A stretch of DNA of 64,000 nucleotides from Vicugna vicugna (GCA_013265495.1 MU061578.1:691308-755307), one strand, 5' to 3'. Counted from the stretch's first letter, positions 13,382 through 26,700 are shown. A program made the numbers and translations. Notes: generated from the sequence alone by a model not told the origin.

Positions 13382-14330
13382 TTTTTGATAATCTATATAT
13401 ATATTGGGCTTTTTCTTCAGTATCTTTTTTATTCCTGAGCAAATTTCTAAACAGAGGGGATTTTTCTCATTGATGACTCACTGTCTTCAGAAGAGCTGGC
13501 TCAGATAAACTCTGACTATCAAATCAAATCTACGTTAAAGCATAAAGAGTTATCACCAATAGTGGTATTTTAAAGAATATGCCAAGTACTCTGCAGCAAT
13601 GCCAAAAAAGAATTTAGAAACATATTTGTAAAAAGTAGTAGCCATGTGGATGTATCAATTCTGCACTTAAAAAAAAAACCAACACAAGGAATCCCACTAC
13701 ACCCCGGCGGGGGCGGGGGGGGGCACCCTAACGTCTCAGAAAAGTGCCTTTCTGTGGAGCTCATTAACTCCGGAAGTCAACCTATGTGGTCACCCCTCCC
13801 CCTAAAATGCCATCTCATCGATTGATAAGTGTAATTAATAGGAAATGCCTGGAAAATAACAGTCTGGTAAGGGATACCCCACATGTCAGGCCAGCAGAGG
13901 GATCTGGGTGGGTTTCATCATCGTGTGTCTGTGTCTCCTCGGTGATGACATTTTTGTATACAGTCTGTCTCTGCCCACTTGAACTTGAGGATAACTGATC
14001 TATCTTAGACTGCCCATAAATGATATGATCCTCTGGGTGAAGTCCTTTACCCCAAATGACCAGAGAGAGATTAACGATGTAGCTGAGAAGCCTGGTATCC
14101 CCAAACAAGGTCTGGGACATTTAGTTCTCAGAGCAACACGGATCTGCTCTGGACGGTAGGGTCACCTCTTGAGAGGGGAAAGGAGGCTGAACCGGAGCCT
14201 GTCCCCTTTTGCTAATCCTAATCTGATCTTCACCCTCAACACAGATCCGAGGATTTAAACCTCAAAAACAGTTGCACCTGGTTTTCAAACAAACTGATTT
14301 ACTTGGTGGTAAATCACCACCAAGTCTGGC

Positions 14331-14680
14331 TAGTTCTCAGCCTTGGCTGCACATGGTAAACACCTGGCAAGCTTCTTAAGTTCCCAGTGACCAGTTACAA
14401 TGGGAAGCTCTGTGCGTGGGTCTCAAGCATCTGTAGTTTCTAAAGACCTCCACGTGACTCTAATATGCAGCTAAGGCTGAGAAGCGCTGGCTTGTCTAGT
14501 TGAATAGTTCTCACCATGGCTGCTCCTCGATTCACAGGGAGAGATTAAAAGGGAGCTAATGCCAGGCCCTCCTCCTGGGGGGTCCTGGCTTCACTGGTTG
14601 GGGACTGCGTCTGGAAAGAGGTTGTGCAGGGAATGCTTGGCAGGTGAACCTTATATCAACCGCAGGGGAGAAGCACTGGG
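14331..14680. mobile_element. Two adjacent MER5-like elements
   Basis: 'gttctcagccttggctgcacat...cacctgg...gtgactctaatatgcagctaaggctgagaagcgctg', followed by a second degenerate copy ending 'gagaagcactg'. Confidence 0.6.
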
Positions 14681-16461
14681 TCTGGTACAGATGTGAATGG
14701 AAAGGGGATTGAGTCACAGAATCTCTTGCAGATTTTGCTTCTTTTGCAACTTCCATTTTGCCACCCACTGTGCTAGCCTCTAAGACAACAAAGATGCAAC
14801 CCCAGGAACACCTCACATGGCCCAGGAATGGTTACTTCTGACTGCTGGAGGCCTTCTGAGAGAATGGACCTGAAACCTCGTTTCTGAAGGAGAACCTGCT
14901 GAACAGTAGCCGTATTATTGTGTCCTCTGGTTTTGCTTCCTTCCCTGTTCCTCTTATTTTACCACCTCCCATGGGTTTACTCAAGATCGTCTTGGCTAGT
15001 TCTTTCCGTTTTTTCCTTGTGAGTCTGCATCTAATTCTCTTCCATTTTTTTCATCTAGACTTCCCCCTTTTTTTTTTTTTTACCCCTCCTTCTACTCCAG
15101 AATTTCTCACACTTCCCTGAAGACAAAAATTACCTAGAATGCTTGGTAAAAATAGATTCCAGGCCTTGGATCCTGACCACCTGCATGGGAATTTCCAGGA
15201 GAGATGTCAGAACACCTGTAGACCCAGCCTGACTGGGGACCAGCTCACACCTCCAGGGAGGAAATTGTGGTTCCAGGTAATTCTTACCATGGAGAAATTT
15301 GGAAAATCTTGCTGAGAGATTGCCTGCAAGCTCATGCGCATTTTCCTTTCAGAGCCCACCTTCCCCGGGAAGGCTGTTTAATACAGGGAGGCTTTGTGGG
15401 AGAAGAGAGGATTTCTCATTTCAGAAAAATAAGGAAATAGTAAATTACCAAGCACAAGGGTGAAGGCAGTGGTCCTCTTTGGACTCTCTGGAATGTTGAC
15501 GCTCAAGAGCCGTGACCGCATGTTGATGGAGCCCCTGTCCATGACAGACAGTTGCCAAGTGCGATACATACGTAATACTTCATTTAATTTTCCTTGCAGC
15601 CCCTCTTACTATCCCCATCTTCATAGATGAGGGTACAGAGCCGTAGAAACATTATGCAGTGTGAGCAAGCAGTTAAGGGATGGAGAAGAAATCTGGACAT
15701 AGCTGGGTTGGCGCTAGACCTCAACTCTTACTTGCGGTCTAAGATTCTGTTCAGGGGAGCTCACGAAGAGCATAGAGTCAGCGATGGGTGCAGGGCCTCT
15801 ACGGAGGAACTTCCAAGTACGGTTCTGAGTCTTCAGTCCCTCCAAGACAAAATGATGGAGTCTTTGGATTCCCCTCTGAATAAGATGTAATTGAGGCTTG
15901 AGCAGGATAATTATATTCTGCTGTAACAACAGCTTGTGGGGGGGGGCATGGCATGGGCTACGGTCTTTCTTTTTATTCTGTCACCAGACTCCACGATGGT
16001 TTACGAGGGTTTCCACAGACCCACCACCTAGGCTCTGGATCTGACTCAGCTGGTGGCACGTTTAAAGGAGGCCTGTGACTCGCCGTATCATCCTTACTAT
16101 CCCACTATTCATCTTAGGCTGCACCTCATCTCTTCGCAATTTTCTTTTCTTCTGAAAAATCACCCACGGCTGAATTCTAAGAGTCAAATTAAAAGAATCG
16201 CCAACCAGGATGGCTGGAGGGGATGTGAGAAACTGGGTATCAAGAACCGTCTGGCACGGGTAGGGGTTGGGGGAAAGGCCAGGCAGGGAGTGTGCTCCCA
16301 GCAAATAAGATTGGTTTTTAAGTTTTCCTGTTAAAGATTCTGGTCATTCATCACTCTTTGGCCTCTTAATGCTTTTTTGTCACAATTGTTACCTAAACCT
16401 CTGGGCTGGATACCACTCATAGTGTTTCTGTTTGTATCCAGTGCTATGAATACTGAATCTA

Positions 16462-16515
16462 ACACACACACACGCACACACACACACACACACACACGCA
16501 CACACGCACACACAC
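16462..16515. repeat. Imperfect (CA)n microsatellite
   Basis: Read directly. Confidence 0.95.
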
Positions 16516-16682
16516 TGAGATGTGATTAAAACTCTCCAAGGCTATCTACTAAAAAAACCCTACAGCCGGAGAAGTGGGTCTTCTGGTCTGGCAGATGGCA
16601 GCCCCGAGATGCACAAAGACGATAGTGGGACCGAGTCAAATTAATCCTGTCTGTAGGCTCTGGGCAATCTGTTGGTTATAAA

Positions 16683-16868
16683 GCAGAGCTTCTTAAACCT
16701 GAGGGCCCATTACAATCAGCTAAGATTTAGAAAATATATATATATAAAATACCAACAGCCAGGCCCATTCCCCAGTCATTTAAGTCAGAATCTTTGAGAG
16801 TGGCTCCCAGGCACAGGGAGACCCGAAAAGCCACTCAGGTGATTTTACTGTATCAGCCAGCACCGAGA
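16683..16868. mobile_element. MER5-like element
   Basis: 'cttcttaaacctg...cattacaatcagc...aagtcagaatctttgagagtgg...caggtgatttt'. Confidence 0.6.
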
Positions 16869-17571
16869 CCTCACGCCTCACTGCAGGAATACTTCTCAGC
16901 ACATATGTGCCCTGCCTTTGCAGAAAACAAGAGCTGCTGTGTCTTTTAGTTTTTTAATTAAATTGCAGTAGTGTTGATCTCCATAATTTATAATTATTAA
17001 TATTATAATTATTGATAATGATAATAAATATTTAATATGTTCGTTATGATTATTAATTTCTAGCACTCTGCTTACTAGGTGCTCCCCTTTGGACCTGTAA
17101 AATTAGGTGGAAATGCACAATAATCAGATATTTTGGTTGCTCATCTTAAAATGTTGCTGGAAGGGCCATGTGGAATCTAGCCATGCGGGCTTTCTGAAGA
17201 ATTAAATATAACATGCAGAAATACGGTGCTCCTATTAAAGTCCTATTTGGTGCCTTTACTAATAGTTTACTGGTATTGTTCATTCATTCCTCAGATGGTT
17301 AATGAGGGCTTGCTACATGCCAGGCACCCAGCTAAGCTTAAGGGGTTCAACGATGTGCGCCTGGCTTTTAAGTCACTGAGGAACAGCTATACTGGGCCTG
17401 GCTCTCTGGAAGCTCATAATCTAATTTAAATTTCAATTTTATCACCTTGAAAAGGAGACTTACTTGCTTGTGATCTGTATTTTACCATCCTTCCCCTGAC
17501 TCAGTTCTAAAACTCTAATCAAGAATTGTACGACCCATTCAGATTCATATTTTTTCCTGCCCTATTATTTT

Positions 17572-17572
<1 letters not shown>

Positions 17573-17630
<58 letters not shown>
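17573..17630. repeat. (TCTA)n tetranucleotide microsatellite
   Basis: Perfect tandem array read directly. Confidence 0.97.
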
Positions 17631-18039
17631 GTATTATATGTGTTTCAAGAGGCTATGGCAAATTGTAGAATAAGATGGGTTATAAGCAAACCAGCCAGTG
17701 AATAGATTGTCTACAGACTCCTCTGAAAGGCTCTATCCAGATTTTTGTATTTTAAAAGGGGAATACATTAACACCCATTCAAAACTATTTCACCGAGCCA
17801 CTGTTCCTACTGCTAACACTGCATACATAACAAAGTTTAAATGTAAACGGGGTTAAGGACTGTGAATCTGTCCCCAGTTTGAAAGGTCCACCAAGAACCT
17901 CTGGGTTTTGGAGATTCAAATGCCCAGGCGGCTCCATTTCCTGGAGACCTTGAGGACAGAAATGTTAGTTTCTCCAACATTTAATAGTCTCCTCAGTTCC
18001 CACTGCGCCTCTTTTCTAGGCTAAAGTGAAAGAGAAGTA

Positions 18040-18210
18040 ACTGAATCTGGAAGCCAGGCTCAGTCAGGCACAAGCTGCGTTCCAACAGAAAAACCATTTC
18101 ACCTTTCTGGGCCTCAGTTTTCTCATCTGGAAAATGGGAACAAAAGTAGCACACACTCCTCTTAGGTTTGTGTGTGCAGATCAATGAGAACATGAGTGTG
18201 AAAGCACTTC
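18040..18210 (+). mobile_element. MIR SINE
   Basis: Core 'tctgggcctcagttttctcatctggaaaatggga' followed by 'tgtgaaagcactt'. Confidence 0.8.
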
Positions 18211-18545
18211 ATTTGGGGGAAAGTGCCACTTCTTTTTCTGGGCATGTGGACTCATGAAGAATACAGTCTTCTCTTCCCCCACAAAGAGGCTGGGTGTTTG
18301 TGTTGTTAAGCCCTGGGCTCCCATGGTTTTAGGGCAAGAGGGTGATATTTAAGAGCCTTTTGAGGTTATAGGTCATTTTAAAGATGGGCTGGGCCCTACA
18401 GGAAGGCCAAATCCCACCTCAGCTTTGGTCGGTTGGGTCGGGACAGCAAAGTTGAGGACAGAAGGAGCTTCTCAGGGGACTGAGTATCTATCCCAGGGTG
18501 GAAATGTGTCTGGCAGGGTCTCTGAGCAGCATGTGTGTTTCCTAA

Positions 18546-18623
18546 GGGAACAGCCCAGTGGTTGAGCACGCACTTAACATGAACAAGGTCCTAGGTTCAA
18601 CCCCATTACCTCCACTAAAAAAA
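18546..18623 (+). mobile_element. Short, diverged tRNA-derived SINE
   Basis: cagcccagtggttgagcacgcacttaacatgaacaaggtcctaggttcaaccccattacctccact plus an A run; colinear with the SINE at 1-120. Confidence 0.75.
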
Positions 18624-19142
18624 CCCACTCATGTTGGGGAGAGGAATCCTGAGCTGCTGGGGGCTCAGGTAGGGCATAGGGTGTCCAGGCTGAGGCTCTG
18701 GAGGGTGAAGAGGCCACACTGAGAAGGTCTGGGTCCACCTAGGAGTTATGTGCAAAATAAAGTCAGCTGATGGTGGAAAGTTCCAGAACCTTACTAACCC
18801 CCAGGGGGTTCCAGTGCCCCACTACCACCACAGCATTGGACTTCTCACCAGTCACAATGGGGGAAAGGCAACATAGGCAGATTAGGTTTGAGTTCATCTC
18901 TTCGTGGAGCAACTGATTTTACAGAAATCTAAAGCATTGTCGCTTTGAGGGCTGGGTTTACACTGGGAGAGCTGGCGGTTTTTCCTACGGAGCTGACACA
19001 TCCCTGACAGCCTGAGCTCCTCCATGGACAGAAATGAAAAAAAAAATCCAGGAGAAGGATGAACAGAAGGACAGGCTGTTTGATCTCATGGTCCTCAGTT
19101 CCTTCTTGCTTCAAAATTTTGTCACTCAATCTCTTTCCCCCC

Positions 19143-19361
19143 CAGTTTTGAGATATGATTGACAAATAAAAATCTTATATAATTAGATTGTACAATTTGC
19201 TTTTTTAAAGGTGCACAAAGTGATGATTTAATATACATATACATTGTGAAATCATCACAACAATCAAGCTAATTAACACATCCATCACTTCACAGAGTCA
19301 CCTTTCTTGGTCTGTGGTGAGGACACTCAAGATCTACTCTCTTAACAAATGTCAGGTATAT
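19143..19361 (-). mobile_element. L1M-type LINE-1 3' UTR fragment
   Basis: 'ttgagatatgattgacaaataaaa...tacatatacattgtgaaatcatcacaacaatcaagctaattaacacatccatcac...gacactcaagatctactctctta' matches the antisense L1MA 3' end as I recall it. Confidence 0.8.
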
Positions 19362-19574
19362 CTAGTTTCAAATTCTAGAATAGAAGTCGATTTCAGAACA
19401 AACAAAACAAAAAACTTGTAGAGTTGAAAAAATTATTCTAACTCAGAAAAACTACTTCCCCAGGAAGTTACTCATTTTTGAGTCAAGAACAAAACAAAAT
19501 ATGCCCATAGTTTAGTGATGCTGCTGCTGCTGCTACTGCTAATAATAGTAATAATAATAATAACAACAACAACA

Positions 19575-19780
19575 TTCTGGGTGCTATTTAGTGTCAGGTG
19601 CTCTTTGAGGAGCCAGCACTCATGTCCACAGTGAATTTTCACTACAACCCAGTGAGGCGGGCATCACTCATTAGCCCCACTTTAAAGATGAGAAAATGGA
19701 GGATCAAATAAGCCATCAGCTTGCTGGTATCACCTCGCGTTGTAAGTAACTGGCCTGAGATTCAGGCTCTAAGTCTGCAG
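19575..19780 (-). mobile_element. MIR SINE
   Basis: Antisense core 'acaacccagtgagg...ccccactttaaagatgagaaaatggagg'. Confidence 0.7.
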
Positions 19781-20574
19781 GTGAATGAGCAAAGGTCTGC
19801 TAATGTCTGCACCAATCAGAGTAGGTTCAATGAGTATGAAAGACCTTGTTTCACGTGTTGACCAGGCCAATGACAAGTTGAGCAAAGCACAGGTTCTCAG
19901 AATGTTAGTGTTACGGTGGGTCCTAGAGTTGGCCTCGTCCAAAAATGACTTGCACTTTTAAAGGGATTCAATGTCATTTGCTGGCTTTGGCCTATATATT
20001 CAATGCTTTCAAATAATCACATACACTCTAAAATATCTGTCTATCAGCAATTAAGTTATTGATAATGCCAGGCTTTTTTTTTTTTTTAACCACCTCTTTT
20101 GGTTTATAAAGCAATGTTCACCTTCATCTCTATCTGATTCTCATTGGTATTAATACTGCCCATTTAGCAGATGACCAAAACTGAGGCTCAGTAAAGGTAA
20201 GATAAATCAGATGTGACTTTCCCAGGGTACATTTTACAATGGTGTGAGTCTACGGTATTATGCAACCAATGAGACGATATCAGCATGGAATCACTTTCAT
20301 TATTCTTGGATCTTTAGGGTAAAGAAAATGATTATTCCGGGACCCTAGGCTAGTTTGGGGAGGGAGTCACAATAGAATGGATTGTGGAGGATACCTAACC
20401 ATTGACAGCTCTTAACTTTCTCATTGAGAAAGAGAGAAAGGAGACAGAGATGGTTCCAAACCAACATTTTACAAAGACAAATGCTCTTACACGTGCAAGA
20501 CTTGTGGAGGGAGAACCCCGCATCACCATTATTTGCTGCCCACTGGCATAGAATTGAAGCTTGCTTTCTAGAAT

Positions 20575-20718
20575 GGTGCTTCTCACACTTCTTACAAATC
20601 ACCCTGGGATCTTGAAAATGCAGATTCTGATTCACGTGGGACTCGAGATTCTGCATTACTCACAAGTTCCTGGTGAGGCCAATTTGGTTGTACTGGGAGC
20701 TACACTTTGCAGAGCAAG
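20575..20718. mobile_element. MER5A-like element
   Basis: 'caaatcaccctgggatcttgaaaatgcagattctgattca...gattctgcattactcacaagttcctggtga...cacactttg-like end'. Confidence 0.7.
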
Positions 20719-22993
20719 GCTCTAAGGACCCTCCCAATGAACCACTTAAATTTCAAGTAATCTTGACATTTCAGAACAGAAGAAGGTAATCACTTCTTTC
20801 CCTGTTGTTGGTTTTGTTTTAAGTTCAAGACAGAGCCGTTGACAAAAACAGTAGAAAGAAAGCAGAGAAATGACCAGTTCTGAGAAATCTGCAGAGATGA
20901 TATTTTCCAGGACACATTTTAGAATGCCCCCACCCCCAGCACCTGGGCTCATATTCTGTTCACTAGAAGTAGTCCGCAAACCCTCTAACAACACAGAAAC
21001 GATGAGGGGAAAAAAAAAGTACCTCATCTCTTAATGCAGTCTAAAACTTCACATCACAAAATTGGACCATGAAAGGCGGCAGGGACTAAGAGGATGCTTG
21101 GAGCATCCAGCGATCCTGGTTTTCCTTTTAAAGAAATCCCATGGCTGCAAAAACAGCAGGAACCACTGATCCAGGTTATCAGATGTGTGATGTGTTTCTG
21201 TCATCCCGGGCCAAAGCGTTTCCATCTACGTGATTAAGATAATTAAGGGAAGGGTGTGTCTGGCTTAGATTCTGTCTCGTGTCCCCCCACAATCTATTGA
21301 TGTGTCCATACGCTCACACATCATAATGCAGCAAGAGCAAGCCTGGCAACAGTGACAAAATCGCCAAGTTCGTTCCTCCTTATGGAGATTCGCTCACGCT
21401 CTCACCTTCCAAACTCCCGTCCCCCTAAAAGCGCATAGTGGTCCCTACTCTAAATGTTTTGTATGTTAATTAAAGATGAAATGCACTGTGGTTTGGAGGA
21501 GAAGCTAATCGCCGAGGACTCCATCCCTGTGCTTCAGAGCAGGGAGAAAACAGGGGAAAGCCATTTATTTCTGCCCAGTGACTGTTCACATGCATGTACG
21601 ACACACCAAATAAGAAAATAAGACAGAGGCCACGTTTAGATCGAAATCAGTTGTCCTGGCCAAGAATTCAAAGTTCTCTTCATCGGCACAAGAGTCAGAA
21701 CTCGCTTTGCTAACTTTAAAAAGAATCCTCGAAATGTTAAGTGAAAAGTTCGCTCTCACCCTAAAAGAGAGATTTTTCCAGTGTATCTGGTGGTGACTAA
21801 AAAATAAAAGGCCAAGCGGAGAGGGCTTAATTTTTGCCGCGTTCATGAATGCTTCATGGGCCCAGAGTCTACCGGGTGTGTATTCCCTTCTAAGTAGGCT
21901 GGAATGCTGTCTTCCACGAGCAAGGTTCTTTATTTGCAACAGAATTGGCTCACCCAGAGGCTTCTGCGTACAGGCGCTCATCGGAGACTTCTGACCTGCC
22001 TCTAGAAAGCAGAAACCTGCTTTCTCACCTGCCTCTAAACCCTTCACAGCTGAGGGATCCTGATGGCGCTACTTAAAAGATAGGTTTTATTTGCTTTTCG
22101 GCGGCCTATCAAGTCAATGATCTGCAACCTGGGAAGGATGTAATTAGGCCATGACATGACCAAAGGAGTTGTTACATCCTGTCTTGTCACTGGCGCACGT
22201 GTCTGCCCACATGGCTGTGACAGCTATGGTCTACTGGGTTTGGAATTTCTGTTAATGTCTCCCCAACTCCTTCTTGGTCCAGTCTGTTGACTATTATGGG
22301 CTTGCTCTTTTTTTTTTTCCTTTTTACTGCTTCAATTAAATTACATATTCATCCACCAGTGCATAACAGTTGTTAAGAAGCCGTTATGGATTATGGACCA
22401 AAGGCAATTAGTTCTTGAAACAAAAAATTAAGCATTTTTTTTCTTTTAACGTGTGTGTGTGTGTGCAAATTAAAAATAAGACAAACTCAGAAAATACACC
22501 TGTCAGTAACAATCATGCTACTTTTCAGCACTGAGAGCTGTGTGCCCATAAACACAAGTTCCAAAAATCACACTGATGCTGCCATCCAGAGCTATGCATG
22601 CCCTCCTTCACTGTTTCAGAGCCACCTCACTAGTTACCAGATGGAATCAGTGTTGATCTACAGAGTAGGTTGGCAGAAAATACAATTATCTCAGTTATCG
22701 TAATTTTTTTTTGATGAATGCTCAGTCAGAACTATTGATCCATAAGGAAAATAAATCAACGAGAGCATGAAATGCCATTCGCTTTTTAATCATTAAGTTG
22801 CGTCTTAGTTAGGACTATTTAAAGTTGCAAACGTGCCTCTGCCCTGACGTCATAACAATAGCATAAGGATGTAGAAACACGCCAGGACGTGGACTGACAG
22901 ACATTGGATTCAAAGCCCAATCGTCGGACTTCCCAGAGCCTACATCCCCCCGCCTGGACCCCCGGCCCCCATCTGCACACTGGGGATTCTACT

Positions 22994-23119
22994 TAGGGTG
23001 ACCACCCATGTTCTGCTTGTCCCGAGACAGTGCTAGTTGAAGTCTGTTGTCCCGGAATCATGACCAACAGTGCGTCCCTTCTCTGTCCCATTTTCAATGA
23101 TCACTGTGTGAGCGCCCTA
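22994..23119 (+). mobile_element. MER94-like hAT-Blackjack MITE, apparently nested in a MIR
   Basis: Termini tagggtgacc...gcgcccta and internal 'gtcccgagacagt...ctgttgtcccgg'; MIR-like sequence on both sides. Confidence 0.7.
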
Positions 23120-23729
23120 ACTATACTGCTTACACGATCCAATTGTTTGTTCCAATGCTTTACATAGTACCTGACGCACAAGAGACACTACCTGAGAATT
23201 AACTTCAAAGTAGAAATCTACATGGTGAAAAGATTTAAAAAAAAATTGGCAGGACACAATCTTAGACTGCTCCCTTTAAGAAATCCTGACATATTAAAAT
23301 CCAAACTTTGGAGGACTGATCAATTGAAGGTCTTTCATAGGTCCCCACCCGCAAAACAAAAAGGAAAAAGAAACCAAACAGGAACTATTCCTGGAATTCA
23401 GTGGATTACAAAGGATTAGATTTGCATACAGTCCCACCTATTCTATGTTAAAAGGCTTGTCAACACATAATCAGTTGAGTGGTTTTGGTCATTATTCTTC
23501 CTAAGTGTTGACTCTGGAACAGAGTCAGACAACAGACTTAAACTCCTGAATTTTGGAGATTCAGGTGGAACTGAAATCTCCTACATCATTTTGGTTTCTT
23601 CCAAGCTCACTTCTGGTGCCCAGAATTAAAGCTCTTCATTGGCTAGGTTATGGAAATATAAAAATGAAATATGAAAAATTTGAATTTAGGCATATGAAAA
23701 TGTGTACATGCATATAAAAATAAAAACAA

Positions 23730-24110
23730 GAGCACTTTATGTTGTGCCCTTTATGTGCCAAACATTTCATAGGCAGTGTCTCAAGCTTCCAAACCGCTCT
23801 GTAAGGTGGGATCAGTTTACCCATAACAGATGCAGTGATGGAGTACGAAGAAATTACTTCTTAAGGTTGCTCCACTGAGATGCAATAGAGCCTGGGGATT
23901 ACGGGCATCGACTTTAGCTTTCAAGCTACGCTGAGCTGAGCAATTTCTTTATCCCCCTCCCCAAACTTGCTTTCCTCATCTATAAGATGGAGGTGGCGAC
24001 ATCAATTTAATAGGGTTGGCGTAACAGTCCCAGGACTGCCTCTGTAAAGCACTTAGAATGGTGCCTATCACATAGTGAGGACTCCACAAATTGCCATTGT
24101 TATCATTGCT
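23730..24110. mobile_element. Adjacent opposite-orientation MIR fragments (minus about 23730-23930, plus about 23930-24110)
   Basis: 'ctctgtaaggtggg...cccataacagatg', then 'tttcctcatctataagatgg...tgtaaagcacttagaatggtgcct'. Confidence 0.65.
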
Positions 24111-26027
24111 ATTATCATAATTATGGTTATCGTTATCCCAGAAAGTGATCTGAATCAAAGTTTGCTTAGCCACTGCATTAAACTCTAAGGCATCTTAGTA
24201 AATAGTGCAATTAATAAAGTCCTTTCTTTCCACCTAATGAACATTTTAACAGGAGCGTTGCCATATAGACTGCAAGTTTTATTGAAGACATTCATTTTCA
24301 TCTGGCACGTGTGCCTTGTAATGGCAAGCTTACGGGCAATACCTATCTGTCTCCAGTTACCCCAAAGCTGCCTAGAATCACTAGCTTCACTTTCTCCTCA
24401 GAAGGGGACCGTGAATCACCAAAAAACCCCCAAATGAATCAATTAAGAAAGTGAACTTTACACTAAAAAGAAGAATACAAATATAAATAAACTAAGAATA
24501 TATTATACACACTACTGTGTATGAATATATATTTCAGCCTGGTATTCCAGTGATGGGGGGAAAAAAAAGGATGTGCTTTTCTGGGCACTGGAGTACAGTG
24601 GGATATAAATAAAGACATTAGTGACTCTCTCGTCTGCATTTCTTTTGCAAGTACACTGAATGTCTTCTTTTTTTTTTTTTTAACTGCAGAACCCAGGAGA
24701 GCTCATCAGGATGAGGAAAACAGCAGAAAGGGTTAAAAGCTAAACTCAAGAACAACTTCAACAAGGCACCATCAAAAAAGATACAGAGGGGTAACCACTG
24801 TTCACAGCCTTGTTTTGACTCAGCAGGTTAGAATCTGAATCCAAGATGGCTTCCTCCTGACCCTGGGTCCTTGTCTTAATTGTGGAGCTGGCATGCCTAC
24901 ACGTCTGTCCCCTCTGGACATCCGTGGACTAAGCCCCCAGTTCCTCGTTCATCTGCGAATACCATTCTTGGCATTCCCCAAGTTTGACGATGCCCTCCCT
25001 CTATTTTCCTCACCAGTGGATTTCTCAAAAAAGACTGAAAATGTAAATAAAATGGGCTAGGGAGTCTGCTGTGGACTTGTCAGCTTTTATTTTGCCAAGT
25101 GAGAATGTTAAAAACAAAATGGGATACAAAAGAAGAAAGCAAAACGAAGCTACCACTTGCTGTCGGCATCATTTCATGAAAAAATAGCTATTTTTCACAG
25201 CAGCTAAGGAAGGAGCCTGGATAAAGCCTGCGCATCCCACAGACAAGGGAGTTGACGGCTGCGTTGTGTGGTCCATGTTCCACTCCTGTCCTGGCAAACT
25301 GGGAAGTGTGCCGCCAGAGACAGCCAGCAGGTCTTGAACTGGCCATGGGAGATACTGCTTCCCACAAAGCACTGGGATTGGATCTTGAAATCTCTCCTTG
25401 CACACATCACAAAGAGCTGGTGCAGAGGCTTGCTCCTGCTTGTCGACTAGAAACAGTTTCAACCCTTATCCAGCTTGGTTCACAGGAGAGGAATGGGGAA
25501 TACAATGGAACGTCCCTCCTTTATCTGCACTGTCTGCCCTCATGAAGGGATCCATGTTCATATTATCCATCGTTGAAGCTTTCTGCATGCTACCCCCACA
25601 GCAAGAAAAAGTAAAATTGTTATGTCCCTGAAGTATAGCAGTATTTTCCAAATTAACCTTTCTACCAAAAAGATGGTAAATTAAATTTGCCATTCAGGGT
25701 GTTCATATGCTTTATAGGCTGGTAACCACTTTATTTTTAGTCTATGTGATTGATAAGGATGCCACATCAAATGGTATATCATCTTAAATGCAATTATTAG
25801 CCTTATTTTAATGACAGAATTTCTCCATTATTTAATCTGAGTCCAGGAAGTAAAAAGTCCTAAAATAGATAGGGAGTACCCATAGTAATGGAAATCAACT
25901 GGAATCCCTTGACTTTTCTAGTTTAGATCAAACTAAGGTTGTACATAAAGATTTAGTTCTATATTCTGTAGTTAAGCTTATGATGAAATATTATGAGACA
26001 GTAGAGAGAGTCTTTTCCTGTCTGTCC

Positions 26028-26285
26028 ATCTTTCCTTCCTTCCTCCCTTCCTTTCTTCCTCCCTTCTTTCCATCCTTCCTTCCTTCCTTTCTCTCCCTCT
26101 CTCTTCCTCTTTTCCTTTTTCTTCCTCTCTCCCTCCTTCCCTTCCTCTCTCCTCACTCTCTTTCCATTCATCTACCTAACCACCTATATATCTATTTATC
26201 TTTCTACCCATCCATCCATCCATCCATCCACGCATCCATCCATCTATCCATCCGTCCATCTAAGTATGTATGTTTCTATCTCCAT
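26028..26285. repeat. CT-rich low complexity grading into (CCAT)n
   Basis: (CCTT)n-like units followed by ccatccat units. Confidence 0.9.
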
Positions 26286-26700
26286 CACCACATAATTTTA
26301 AATGGGTGTAGATTGACCTCTCCATGACCACAAAGACATGACTACTTAGTCCTATTCAGTTTTAAGAAAGCACTGCTCATCTATTTCTCTCTGAAATAGA
26401 ACCTTTTATTCATAGCTTATGAATATCACATTTAAAAGATGTTCTAACATGTGGCCTGAGACTGGCTGAACTTGACAAGTCCTGGCCTCCCTGCGTTAGG
26501 ATTTATCTCGATACTCTTACGAGTCCTTTGTGAGGTCCTAAGGCAAAAGTGTGTGTGTGTGTGTGTTGTATACACACATATTTTTCACGTATGTGTATGA
26601 ATAATATATATACACAACACACACATATGTATGACTATACATCTATATCTCAAATGCAGAGAGCAAGATAGTTGATATGATGGCATTTTAATTGGGGTTC

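Noticed and set aside
13145..13473. Phe/Leu/Ser- and Lys/Glu/Arg-rich ORFs (also at 25959-26327 and 42033-42312)
   Set aside because: Translations of microsatellites or low-complexity DNA.
25180..25195. 16-bp palindrome AAAAATAGCTATTTTT resembling MEF2 half-sites
   Set aside because: Low complexity and not a full YTAWWWWTAR match.
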